From the NCBI GenBank assembly GCA_002269645.1, contig NIVC01003912.1:6043-70042 (forward strand): a DNA stretch of 64,000 bases, in the 5' to 3' direction. Of the stretch, positions 11,691 to 23,804 are shown in pieces (positions within the stretch are counted from its first letter, which is position 1; each line of letters opens with the position of its first letter). A program made the position numbers and the translations under genes. A model generated the notes under the pieces. The model did no database searches. It was not told where the DNA came from and was given only the letters and a program-made list of their open reading frames with translations. The DNA is from Macrostomum lignano. Its lineage: Eukaryota.

Positions 11691-12340
11691 TTCTCATGCG
11701 TGACCTCAACATGTGCCCAGTTCTCATGCGCGACCTCACAGTGTGCCCAGTTCTCATGCACGACCTCACAGTGCGCCCAGTTCTCATGCGTGACCTCACA
11801 GTGTGCCCAGTTCTCATGCACGACCTCACAGTGTGCCCAGTTCTCATGCGTGACCTCACAGTGTGCCCAGTTCTCATGCACGACCTCACAGTGTGCCCAG
11901 TTCTCATGCACGACCTCACAGTGTGCCCAGTTCTCATGCGCGACCTCACAGTGTGCCCAGTTCTCATGCACGACCTCACAGTGCGCCCAGTTCTCATGCG
12001 TGACCTCACAGTGTGCCCAGTTCTCATGCACGACCTCACAGTGTGCCCAGTTCTCATGCGTGACCTCACAGTGTGCCCAGTTCTCATGCACGACCTCACA
12101 GTGTGCCCAGTTCTCATGCACGACCTCACAGTGTGCCCAGTTCTCATGCGCGACCTCACAGTGTGCCCAGTTCTCATGCACGACCTCACAGTGTGCCCAG
12201 TTCTCATGCACGACCTCACAGTGTGCCCAGTTCTCATGCGTGACCTCAACATGTGCCCAGTTCTCATGCGTGACCTCAACATGTGCCCAGTTCTCTTGCA
12301 TGACGTCACTATGTTCACAGTTCTCATGCGGGACCTCCAG
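11691..12340. repeat. 30-bp minisatellite GTTCTCATGC(G/A)(T/C)GACCTCACAGTGTGCCCA
   Basis: About 21 near-identical units, decaying towards 12460. Confidence 0.97.
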
Positions 12341-12974
12341 ACCACATCCGTTATTTCTCAAGCATGAACTCTGCATCCTACATGTAGTTCTCGTGCGTGG
12401 TTTATGCATTCCTTCATATCTGGGTGACCCCAGCACATCCTAGTTCTCAAGCATGAACGTAGCTGTTTTCGTTCTCCTTTTTCTGACATCCTCTAAGCAA
12501 ATTGGTCATTTGAAAAAGTATTGAACCATCATTAAACTATTTCTGGGTTACAATTAACGTTGATAACCGTCCGCCCTTTTTTAATCCGTAATTGTGACAT
12601 GCACATGCACACAATATTATTTGTTAGTAGATATGTTGACATAACATAACAGGACATTTAAGCAAAAGAAGTACAGAGGAAACTAATTCAACTAGCTATG
12701 AGATTTTCATAACGAAACTGTAAACACGAAGTTTGAATCGATTTTGGTAAAAAGTTGAGTTTGCCGATCATGTGCCAGTTCGTGACCATTCAATAGCCTA
12801 AAAGCAAATCAAAAAGTTGCTTTTCTGTCGCCCGAATGTCAAGCTCTGACGCACTCTGTCTATAGGCTTGTTACAGTTCGTTGGAAGGAATGGAAGCTTT
12901 AGACATGCAATTGTCTTTCGGCAATTACATGTATGTAAGTCTAGTAAAGGTAGATATATCTAGCTCGGCAGTAT

Positions 12975-13098
12975 TGTAAAGCTAGATAAGTCTCCTGCAG
13001 TATGTAAAGCTAGATAAGTCTCCTGCAGTATGTAAAGCTAGATAAGTCTCCTGCAGTATGTAAAGCTAGATAAGTCTCCTGCAGTATGTAAAGCTAGA
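12975..13098. repeat. 28-bp tandem repeat TGTAAAGCTAGATAAGTCTCCTGCAGTA
   Basis: About 4.4 copies, period 28 (GCTAGATAAG at 12981, 13009, ...). Confidence 0.93.
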
Positions 13099-13779
13099 CA
13101 AATTAGACGTTCGCGAGCCTAAATCGTGGCTAATTTTGCAACTCAGCTGGCGTCTCTCAAACAGCATAGATAACAAAACCAGAAAGCGAGTCAAAATCGA
13201 TAAACAGTAAATTTTCAGTCGTCTCAAAAATTTTTATTTGAATTAAAAATGTGTCCGCGTGAGAAAATTCTGAGCTGGTTGCACCTGCATACAGGCTTAG
13301 CATGATAGCTGATGTAGTCCTCAAAGAGAGGGCACATCGTCCAAAATATTGCTGCTAATTGACAGACACGAGCAATGAGCAATCAAAAAGCGAGGTGTTT
13401 GGCTGTTGGGGTAGCCAGACACATTTGGGTACAGAAAACGGAGCTGTCCCATCCGAGAGAGAAAAAGCGCTAAAAATGCTGAGGAGAACTCTCATTGTTC
13501 GATCCTACCTTCACTTACCACATGCTGCGCTTAGTGACTCCTTTGAATAGAAACCTACTGGATAGTATTTACTAGGCTTGAAATGGCGATTTGGCATGAC
13601 AATTGCAAAAATGCATGGCTGCATGCTTACCCAAGTGGAGCGCGTGATCTTTCTTGACATGACAAGCTTCCTCAGTTGCAGTTTCTTGATCAGGTTTTGC
13701 ATGCACTCAAGCGTCAATTACAGCTGCAATGAATCTCATGTTGTACGTTTACCATATTCTGGTTTTGCACATGCAATCA

Positions 13780-14137
13780 TCTTTTAGTATAGGAACACCA
13801 AAAGGACGTGTTACACTTTTAGAATGCAAAGCTGCAAAATTGTATAAAAATTATTAAAGGCCCTAATTTTGACTTCAAAGGCAAATGTGAGCATACGAGT
13901 ATTCTTCGCTATATAGATACCATGGCTCAAGGGGGAGTTTCTAAAATGCCAAGGCTCGAAGAGGGGATGCTGATATCTTATTTTGCTAAAGCTTGATATC
14001 AGGGTACTTGCGTTATGCATTAAACATCAAAATTTCACGAAACCAGCGATAGTGACTGGGCCATGCAGGCTTTTACGTGCGAAGTTTCTCAAAAATATTT
14101 TTGTCTTGCCTTCCCAACAGGGAGCTGACGTCGCTAG
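13780..14137 (+). mobile_element. Possible small Helitron-N
   Basis: A|TCTTTTAGTATAGG at 13780; short hairpin TTCCC-AACA-GGGAG followed by CTGACGTCGCTAG|T ending at 14137. The stem is weak. Confidence 0.35.
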
Positions 14138-14234
14138 TACGAATATAAAGGAGTTAAACAGTACAGAAGTATCAATAATTTTGTGATATTGAGAAAAAAT
14201 ACTGACATCTGGGAAAGTGACTCTCTGAACCCAC

Positions 14235-17200
14235 CTTGACCAGAAGCGGTCCCATTCCACTGCTGGCAGTCCTCGGCAAAGCTCCACTGCGGACCGCTGA
14301 GGCAAACCGCGCTCGCAGCCTCTGCGCCCAGGCTGGCGAATCGATAACCTGTCGGGCAGCGCAACTCGACTCGCCTGCCGACTGCATGACGCACGGACTT
14401 CGACAGCGGATCCAGCAGAGCGCTGCCGTTTTTGGCTATTCCGTTGACGCTGGCGATGGTCAAGTTGGACAGCGGATGGCACGGAAGCTCCTGGCAGCTG
14501 GGCACGCGGTTCGATTCGCTGCCGCTGTGAGAGGAAGCATCAAGCACCTGCCAGGTGCCGTTTAGACAGCGCATCGTTGCTGCCGTGGACGAGAACTCGG
14601 CGCTAGTGTTGACCCAGCTATCACTGTGGAGGTACGCTTGGGTCCCACCAGAGCCAGGCCTGCTGCAGTTCACGGCTGCGAGAGACCCGTTGCCTACCAG
14701 GGACACGTTGGCCGCCTGGAACACTTCGGCCTCGAAAGTCACCGAGCCGTTGTGGAAAGCGTCAAGCAGAATTTGGCTGGAGCAATGCTCTGCAAAGTGC
14801 GTTTGCCAGTTTTTGCTTGTCTGCTAAGGGGGCCAGATGTGGGGATGACTTAGATCATACGATTCCATATTGACGCTTGTAAGTACATGCGAGAACACTG
14901 GAAGGGTGGGGCAGGGCGCGAGAAAAAAGGGCACGATGGTACAACAGTAGCATGTAACGCACTACCCTGGGGGAGAAACTGAGACACACAGTATCTGGAT
15001 CTGTTTATTTTGTAACCGCTCACCACGCTACCACTGCGTGCAATACAATGGTGTGTGTTTTTCTGAAGCTGTTATTTACAAAGGCATGCTATACCGAAAA
15101 ATTAATGCTTGAAAAACAGTGGATTTTCATCTGAGAGGTCACGAGCCAGAGTCATAAGAGTCATCACTAAGCAAAATATTTCCGCAGCGATTTAGGGCCG
15201 CCAGCGAGATTTTAGCGTTACTGGCTTTTTTGTTGACAATTTTAACAAGTTTAAATTCAAAACTTTATTGATCCGCCGAACCCTTGGCTACGCCACTGCT
15301 GAAAAATGTTTTCGCTCAAAAGAGGGAAGAGCAGCTTAACTGCAAGCGGACTAAACCAGAACCGCACCAAAACCAGATCTACGAAGCCAGATGATTGTAA
15401 ATCCGGACTAAGAATAATCGGCCAATGTGTTCAGTCTAAGCAAGCCATATTTATCAAGCCATGTTGCAGAAAGAACACAGCTTGCTGGTGTCTCACCGGG
15501 ACAAATGATATCCTGCCAGTTCCGGGCTAGGGAGCCGGACCAACCGGCTATGCCTGGGCCAGCTGTGTCCGTGCAGTTGAACAGCGCCGCAGAGTTTGAC
15601 TCAATCTCCAGCTGGGCCAGCAGGCTGCTTCGACACGCGTAGCCAACCAGAGTAGCCGGGGGCTGGCCGGACAGTGCGCTGGGTTCGGCCGAGCCCAGAC
15701 TGTTGGGAAAGTGCGGCGCCAGACCTCGAGCCGCGATTGCCTCAGTTTCATTTGCCAGAGGCAGACCCGGGCACAGCTGGGCCTGGCAGTTTGAGGCGAA
15801 ACTCCAGACTGAGTTGTTCAGACAGGTTGCTGTCTTTTTAGTTTCATTGATGGCTTCGAAATAGTACATCGGGTGGCACTGCAGCAACATTTCCGCGCCC
15901 GGCTCGTGGCGTGTCGCCTTATTGAGGATTTCACTTGACGTCACACTGAACAGGTCAAGGTTCGTCAAGTTCGTCAGCGGCTCGCAAGGCAGCTTGCGAC
16001 AGAGCTCGACGCTAGCATTTGCTTTTCGAGCATCTTCTATGTCCCAGCTGCCCTCTTTGCAATTGACAGTTCCAGCTGACTTGTATGACTTCCCACGAGC
16101 TAATGTGAAGTAGTTTCCCGCCCAGCACTGCACTGTGGCTTCGGCTGAGCCCTCGACATAGCCTGTACTTGTGATGAGTGAACGGAAGGTTGCGTTTCCT
16201 GGACCGACTACACTTGTTAGAGCTGATATTCGGCAGTAGTCTGAAAGAATAGAGTGTTTTCTGCCTCACCTGATGTTCCAAGATAATCTTACTGCACACA
16301 TACTCACGTGAACAGCTCAGAGTAGTGAACGATGACGAGGGGTTCACATCCTCCCAGCTACCCCTGAGGCCATCACGTCCAATCCTGCACTGAAAAGGCC
16401 TCCACGTGTTGCTGTCATTCACAACAGACAGAATCTGGCATAGGTAATGCACCTTGGAGTAGAGTGAAAACCCGGTGGCATTCCAATGCACTGGCAATAT
16501 TTCACCCTTCTGGCTGAGTTGGAAAGGTGCAGTTAGGTTCATCAACCCGGAAACTGATGCATTGAAAGGCAGATTGTCGCACGTGACTGGCTCGCAGATT
16601 GCAGTGGCGTTCCACTTCCCGGAAGTCCGGTTGCAGGCAATGGTTGTCTTGTTCGCCACCACCGGGCTTCGAATTGTGTGCCCGGGCAGGCAGCTGACGG
16701 TGACGAACATCTCCATCGGGTTGCCGATACTCGTTATTGAGGCATTTTCAACAAATATGCTTAAATTAGAACAGTTGTGCTGCGGACAGAGTTGCAATCC
16801 GTTCATGTCCGGTGCAAAGTCACTCGTCCAGTTGGCATTATTGGAATATACATTGCAATTCACTGTCCAGTTGTAACTGACGAAGCTGGGAGACATCGGA
16901 ATTCCATGCAGCAAACTGGTAGTCCAGTTGCACACCAGAGATGCATGGTTGTTTGGGTAATGAAATCGGAACCAATGTGACAGCAAATTGGTTGAGTAGG
17001 GAGAAAAAAGCACCAAGCCGTTGTCTCCAGAGATGCTGTTTCTGAGGACGGCGTTGCTGCAAGCTCCTATGAAGGTAGTAACAAATTTATTGCCTTTTAA
17101 GCTGGGGTTTAAAATTAAAGTTCAAAACATCACCAGTTCAAAAATTATCATAAAAATTTCCAAGAAATATTCAGATAGAAACTGACGTCACTAAGCAGTG

Positions 17201-20200
17201 ATAATAGTGGTAAAGTGACAAGATCAAAGAAACTGTTTAACTTACGGACGCAGAAAAATGCTCTTTTGCCTTTGCCGAGCCACGACCATTCTCCAGTCTT
17301 GGTGCATTCTTGCTCATCGGAGGCGCCAGGAATTTTAAGGTGATCTCCGTGACAAAACCACCGCAGCTGGGTCTTGTATGGAAGTACCTGGCTTGTTTCG
17401 GTTGTTGAAGCTGTAAAGTTTTGTTCGGTGACGTTAGGTAAGACTTTATAGTAGTCCACCCATGAGTAGGACTTCACCCCGGGACAGGTGACTAAGGAGC
17501 ACTCAAAGCGGATCGGAGACCAACGGTTGCCGATCTCGCAGGTGGCCTCCAAGAATGTCCCGACAATTGTTTCGTTATTCAACCTGACCGGCTTGTAGCC
17601 AATGTCGCACGCGTATCGCACAACCTGACCAACAGGGAAGGCCGAGTTATTCGGCAGCGTCAGCGGCTTAGCGGTGTCCCCGTAGAGCACCGTTGCCATG
17701 GAATTGTTCACTTGAGGTGGCGGTTCAGTGCAGGGGCTCGGCTCACAGCTGAACGGATATCCGCCAGCTAGCGTTGCTGCTTCGCAGAGACATTGCCCCT
17801 GGCTTCCGTTTGCAAGAATGTTGCACGTGCCAGACGCGACAGTAAGGCTGGAGTTCAAGGGACTTGAGTAGTTTTCTAAGCACTGATGCGTAAAATTCAA
17901 AGGCTTCTCAGAGACACCGAGACCAGTGGGCTGGATGAGAATCGCATTCGGCACCACAGGTATGCAGCAGGAGGCCTCGGAAACAGTGAAATTCGAACAG
18001 CTACAGTTCAGCCCGCTGGCGTCCCAGATGGCGTTATGGCCGCACTGCATGTAGCCAATCCTGCCAGAGTCTGAGCAGTTGAACAGCAGCTTGGATTTGA
18101 AGGGAACCAGCAGACTCTGTGGATCAGAATAGCTCTGAACAGCTACCGTTCCCTGGGGTGTATAGCTGGACATCTGCAGCGTCGGCACCGCACCATCCGG
18201 GACGCTGTCAGGGAAAGCGCAGGATTTTGGCAGGCAGATCGGAAATTCAACCGGTTGCCAAGAACCCGCGGCATTGCAACGGCGAGTGAAGTTCGTAAAA
18301 CGTTGCGCCGCGGAAGTGTACTCATAGCCAGTCTGGCAGGTATACAGGAATGTCAACTGGGAGTTCTGGAATGTAAAAAATAGTGGATTTTGGATCGTCT
18401 GTAAGTTTTTTATGTCGGCAAGGACAAGAAGATAGTTTTTTTACACTACGAGTGTACAGGGATGAAAAGCTTCAACGGGACGAAAAAATCTCAGCTAAAG
18501 TGAAATGCAATACTTGAATAGTTGCCTGTACTTTTGGAATGACTTTATTGTCGATTTTAAACAACATAAAGAACAGAAAAAGAAAATCGCAGTAGAACTC
18601 CCGGCTCATTTTAGACAAGCAATGCGGCATTTATTCGGCATTAATTTAGAGAGACTCACTGCATTAACCAGATAGCGCAAGTCTTGCGAGCTGTTTAAGG
18701 CCACCAGGCCGCGACCCAGCAAATAAGAGTCGTTGTGAGGCTGTAGGCATCTCTTTGCTGAAATTCACGACGTGGGATTAAAATATTCTTCAGCTTCTAA
18801 TATGCAACAATATTCTAATAAGTTCCGGAGAACAGTAAAATTGAGATCTCCGAGAATTGTAACAGATTTAAGAGGGCTTACCAACGCAAAATGCTACATC
18901 GCCAGCAGTGACCAGCCTCCTTGATAGCTGCACTCCGTTAACGTTGTACGCGAACACGAGGCGATAGGCCTTGGTTGCGTCACTCTTCTGCACCAGCTGG
19001 TAGTCGTCAAACCAATACTTGGGTTTTCTTAGACCTGTGTTGAACTCCAGCATGTCCTTGTAGCCAGCGGACTGTACATCGCCGCCTCCATGAACTGTCA
19101 GATAGTCGCTTTGAATTAGCAGAATCGAAACTAAGTGACCACTGTAACCCGATGGCACTTCGCTCAGCAGGGATCTGAAGTCATTACGAATGTCAATCGA
19201 TCATAATAATAGTAATAACAATAATAATAACTGCAGAAGGGTGCCGGGCACCCTGGTGCAACGCTTTTGGTGACATTGTCCCACAACCAGCGCTGATGCT
19301 CCCACAGGATGTACAGCGGCCCTGGCTTTCTAATCGTCAGGCTTTTACAGTCTCTGTGCCTTGAGGGTTGATCCTCATGGAACTGAATTGCACAGCTCCC
19401 GACAATTTTTTGCGCACAAGCCAAAAATACACGTGACCACGCACGGAATCGAACGAGGGGTCGAGGCGCGAGAGTCGAGACGCGTTTAGCATTGAGCTGA
19501 CCTCAATCCGGTATGGGGAGATTTTCGAATTTTTCTTCAAGAAATGTCATGAACCAACCTTTTTCGAAATTTGCGCGTGATTTCCCCCACTTATCATTTC
19601 TTTAAGTTCAGGCTAAAGAATAAACAAATACGAGTAATTTATAACAAGTGATGGACCATCGTTGCTGGGCTTTTCCAGGCCTGGATCCTGCATAAACTCT
19701 AGAAACATAAATAGAAGAATAAGCTGAGCAAACAATTCATTAAACCTCAATCAGACAATCTATCTTTTTTGCTAGGAGTTTTGTATGCGCAACACGCCCG
19801 ATTCCAGCATCTACGCTCGTAAAAGGGCGAATCTGAAGCTGACACTTTATTCTTTGTTCACTGTACTTACCTTTGAAGCCATTTCTATGATAACAGCATC
19901 ACAATTCACAAAAGTACTTATCCTTAAACCCATCGAGAAGTACGCTTTTAGAACAAATAGCCTCTATAGTCTCTCTAGTGTCCTCTTGCGGTTCTCAAAT
20001 TCTAACATTTGAGGTTGCCATACTGTGACGCACGACACCCCGTTTTTCAGTGGGTTCGCCCAGCAAACTCACACGAAGGTGTCCGCTAACTCGGGCGTAT
20101 CCAATTTCGGCAGCAGGCAGCTGATCAGCAGTTGATCAAGCAGAGTCTCGATAGAGATCTGACTGCGGCGAAGGCAGAGGCAGGCAGCTGGTGCGCCCGG

Positions 20201-21607
20201 ATAGCTGCTGGACACGCAGGTCTGGTTTTCACTGGCTGCAGTGCGTCATGGCGAGGAGAATGTTCTATTCAGTCTCGTTCCATAGCAACTAATCGAGTCC
20301 TGAACGGATAACTGCCGCAATTTATTTAAGGAAATTCTTCAATGAAGTTATGTTCAGCTCCCGAATGAATGATCAAAGCAATATCTTTTGGTCTAAATAT
20401 AGCAGCAAGAATATTTATTCAAAGCTAAAAAGCATTCCGTCCGTCTGATTCGAATCGAATATCCGGATACACTGTTAGGCCTTACCTGAGTAGCCTAAAG
20501 AGTACAACAATGTCGCACAAAAGCCTGTAAGAAAATATCATCAGTGAAAGTCTTACACGTGCAGTCGGTGGATGTCCAGCAGATTGGATGCACCAGCTCC
20601 CAGTGCCGGGTCAGCACGAACTCGAACTGGCAGCTGGAGTTTCCGCCACCGCCATCGCTGCTGTCGCCTGCTGTGCCGTTGAAATCGCCGCAGGCAAGCA
20701 GCCGCATGGCCACCAGGCTGCCCGCGCCGCCACCAGTCGCGTAGGCGTTGCCCTCAGCAGCCCAGGGAATGCTGGTGAGGTTCTCGTTCAGCCAGCCAAC
20801 GTTCAGGAGCTGACCGGTGAAGCCCCATCTGAGGCTGCTGCCGTTCAGCAGTGGAATGTGCGGAGCCTGAGCCCTGTGCTCGATATCCGTTGTCATGGTT
20901 ACGCCAGAGAGCCAAACCGCAAATGAAGTGCTGTTGAAATTGAAAAAATCACTGCCTTGCAAAATAACAAACGCTTTGCGCAAGGTAAGCCTAGTTATAC
21001 AATATCTGTATTATGGTATTGAAGAAATTGCTAAAGTAAAAAAATGCACCAGAAGAACACTTCGAACACAGACCACGAACTTCGAGAACGCCTTCTGTTG
21101 CGCTCATTCTCGAACAAGAATATTTGAAGGTTTGGGAGCTCTGCTTAGGCAAAGGCCAGTGGCTACCGGAGTCTGAGATGATGCAGGCACATGTCGACAT
21201 GCCGATGAAACAGACTTGAACTTCAGACTGCACTAGGTGCCAACAACAGGGGCACCATTCGCTTCGAGTAAAGAAAGCCCAAAAATATGCTATTGATAGG
21301 AACAGAGAAGGGCCACTCACTTGACGGAGACCAGCCGAATCAGGGGTGCCAGGAACTCGGCGCTGTCAGCTATGCGAAACGGTTTCAACCCGTTCATCTC
21401 TTTGGTAAAACACGCCTGTCTCTGTTCTAGATAGTCCATGTCTGTGCCAGCGAACTCCTCCAGATTGAAGGTGTATTCAAAGCCATTGTAGTCCACCGTA
21501 CTCAGGTGGGAACTTGTTGGTGAGCCCTGTACATCCTGGCAGAAGGATGCAGTGAAGACGACTGCAAGTGCCAGACTAGACAAGCACTTTGCAACAATAA
21601 AAAGCAT
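14235..21607 (-). CDS. Secreted or cell-surface protein: signal peptide, C-type-lectin-like region, ~13 sushi/CCP modules (>=1,505 aa; 3' end unresolved)
   Basis: Phase-consistent exons: 21607-21321, 20951-20557, 20235-20073, 19353-19252, 19174-18882, 18757-18660, 18365-17246, 17066-16308, 16240-15497, 14789-14235. Repeated CCP signatures include C-x-P...V-x-Y-x-C-x-x-GY...C...G-x-W...C (e.g. VRYACDIGYK...TCEIGNRWSPIRFEC). The N-terminus MLFIVAKCLSSLALAVVFTASFC is hydrophobic. Boundaries of exons 3-4 are less certain. Confidence 0.85.
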
Positions 21608-21880
21608 TGTGTTGCAAGTCAACCGTATCGAACGAATGCCTGATGAAGCGTCTTATTGCCCCTTTTTATGCAAGTAGTTCGTACGGCATCGAAACGTTTA
21701 CTTAATGCCTCAGGCTTGCTTCACTGCAGAAGAAGGCTATGATTGGTTCGCAACTTATTCCCTGTAGCTTCAGTTTCATGCGGAGACAGAACTAGACGCG
21801 TAATGAATTGAGTTGTGCAAAAATTCGCTATCTCATTTGAATTGGCGCCATTTTATCTGACTAGCTACCATGAAGGGGCA

Positions 21881-22138
21881 CCAGTGCCAGGGACGCCAGT
21901 GCCAGGGACGCCAGTGCCAGGGACGCCAGTGCCAGGGACGCCAGTGCCAGGGACGCCAGTGCCAGGGACGCCAGTGCCAGGGACGCCAGTGCCAGGGACG
22001 CCAGTGCCAGGGACGCCAGTGCCAGGGACGCCAGTGCCAGGGACGCCAGTGCCAGGGACGCCAGTGCCAGGGACGCCAGTGCCAGGGACGCCAGTGCCAG
22101 GGACGCCAGTGCCAGGGACGCCAGTGCCAGGGACGCCA
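21881..22138. repeat. Perfect 15-bp tandem array CCAGTGCCAGGGACG x17
   Basis: 17 identical units at 21881-22135, about 270 bp upstream of the sushi-gene ATG. Confidence 0.98.
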
Positions 22139-22630
22139 TGTCAGAGTGCAGGAGGTGCCAGCAAAAGGAACGCCATTTACTCTGTTTGGACACCCAAAAT
22201 CTCGGGTGCTAAAGCTACGACGAGCATTCCGAAATTAATCTACCCGTCATTTTTAATGCAGCGTACCTTTAAAGTTTAGCGCAAATTCAAGTGCAATATT
22301 ATTTAGTCGCAGTTGAAAAGTACGAACTAGGCAGCTTGTCTGAGATTTTCACAAGCTGTAAAAGCAATCCGATCAGGAAATATAAGAAATACAGATGGAT
22401 TTAGTCCGGAAATGTCTTCATTGAGCGTGAAGCAACCAGATGACGCGGCATCCGTTAGTGAAGTAACTTTTTTATTAATTTTAATGCTTTTCCTTTTAAT
22501 CTGTTCAGCTTTATTGTGAGTGCGTCATCTGTTGCACTCATGGTTCGTGTAGCGATCACTGTGTACAGGTTAGATAGTTTATTGTAGTCACATTACACAC
22601 TCTGCAGCAGTGTTTTCATGCTGTTTCACC

Positions 22631-22662
22631 CTGAAGATGCACCACGGAGTGCGAAACGCGTC
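22631..22662 (+). ncRNA. Minimal hammerhead-ribozyme-like motif (Penelope-like-element type)
   Basis: CTGAAGA-T-GCAC-cacgga-GTGC-GAAAC-GC-GTC: core, 4-bp stem II, palindromic ACGCGT stem III and GUC cleavage triplet. AATAAA at 22706-22711. Stem I pairs only ~1 bp. Confidence 0.5.
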
Positions 22663-23804
22663 GACTTACAAATGTTGTTTGTTGGTTTTTTATTCTTTCT
22701 GTTTGAATAAAATGATAAAAGCTAGTTAACAAGCAACCGAGCGAATATAAAAATTGAATCTTGAATATCTGGCAAGCTATTTTGAGTCCAAAAGTTTATT
22801 TCTTTCATCGGGGTGAATTTAAGTCACCAGAGAAGTTCATATCTAAGAAAAAAGTTCTAAGCACTCGTAGATTCGATAAGAGATGTTAACGTCGTCTAAA
22901 GGAAACAGTTTTTCGAATACAAATAGATAAAGTCGAAGCAAGTGAGTTTGTCTAAAATCACTCAGTAATTTTTAGCATCAACACGAATATGGAAAACAGC
23001 GATTACTACATAAATAAAAGGTATTATTTGTTCGTAAAGTTTGGTTCAATAAAAGCATTGTGTCTAAAAACTAAAAGCCACTTGAAAAATTCTCCGTATC
23101 TAGCTGGCGAAAAGGCTTAAAAGATAGGGATCAAAATGCCCTCTTATTTGTGACGTGAGGGCAAGATGGACTCTTAGAGTGCATCGAGTGCATCCACCTG
23201 GGCCGAGCGCCATTAATTGAAGGTATGGAGTTCATAGTCTGGTGACCTTGATAGCTCGCCCTCTTTGTACGTGACTGACGATCCAGCTGCACTGAACCAT
23301 CCTACTAAACATTAATGTCAATATTTTTGAAATACGGAGGACTTTTAAATGGCTCAACTAGAAAAAAATACTAAAATCTACTGCGTGCGTACATATACCG
23401 ATTTGCGTATAAATCTGACAGAGTAACAAAAAATATAGTTCTACGTGTAGAAGTAGTCAGATCATTTTTGGTCTTACAGCTCTTGCTAAAACACTCACTA
23501 CACCTAGAAGGCTACACTAGCAGTAAACTCATCTAGTCTGTCCAATAAGAGTAGTTTCTTAATAGTATTTCAGGTTGCTCCATTCCCTCACTCGCTCAGC
23601 TCTCGACTCTCGACTTTGCGATGGACCCGTCTCCCTGAGCATTTCCTGTCGTAGGAAGGACACGGGTGCGCGTTAATGCAAGTAATGAAAAATACTAAAA
23701 TCAATTTCTCAGAACAAATATCGCTAAGTAATCTTTTTTACTTGTGAGCGAGTACACGTTCATTTGTGATTGAGTCGCATAGTTTTTAATATGAAGACCA
23801 AACC

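Noticed and set aside
11639-12443. HENWAHCEVV / Cys-rich repeat proteins
   Set aside because: Four frames are open because of a 30-bp minisatellite; there is no splice or start context.
13511-13717. Candidate downstream exon of the sushi gene (strong GTAAGT donor near 13519)
   Set aside because: No convincing acceptor in the needed phase and no recognisable CCP or TM sequence.
19430-19510. tRNA gene or tRNA-derived SINE on the minus strand (AGCTCAAT...GTTCGATTCC)
   Set aside because: A- and B-box-like words are present, but the D, T and acceptor stems do not pair into a cloverleaf.
20236-20290. In-frame TGA (selenocysteine or nonsense) in sushi-gene exon 3
   Set aside because: Using the downstream acceptor at 20235 gives the correct phase and excludes the TGA.
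21861-22279. PVPGT / QCQGR / LASLA repeat proteins
   Set aside because: Artefacts of the 15-bp array.
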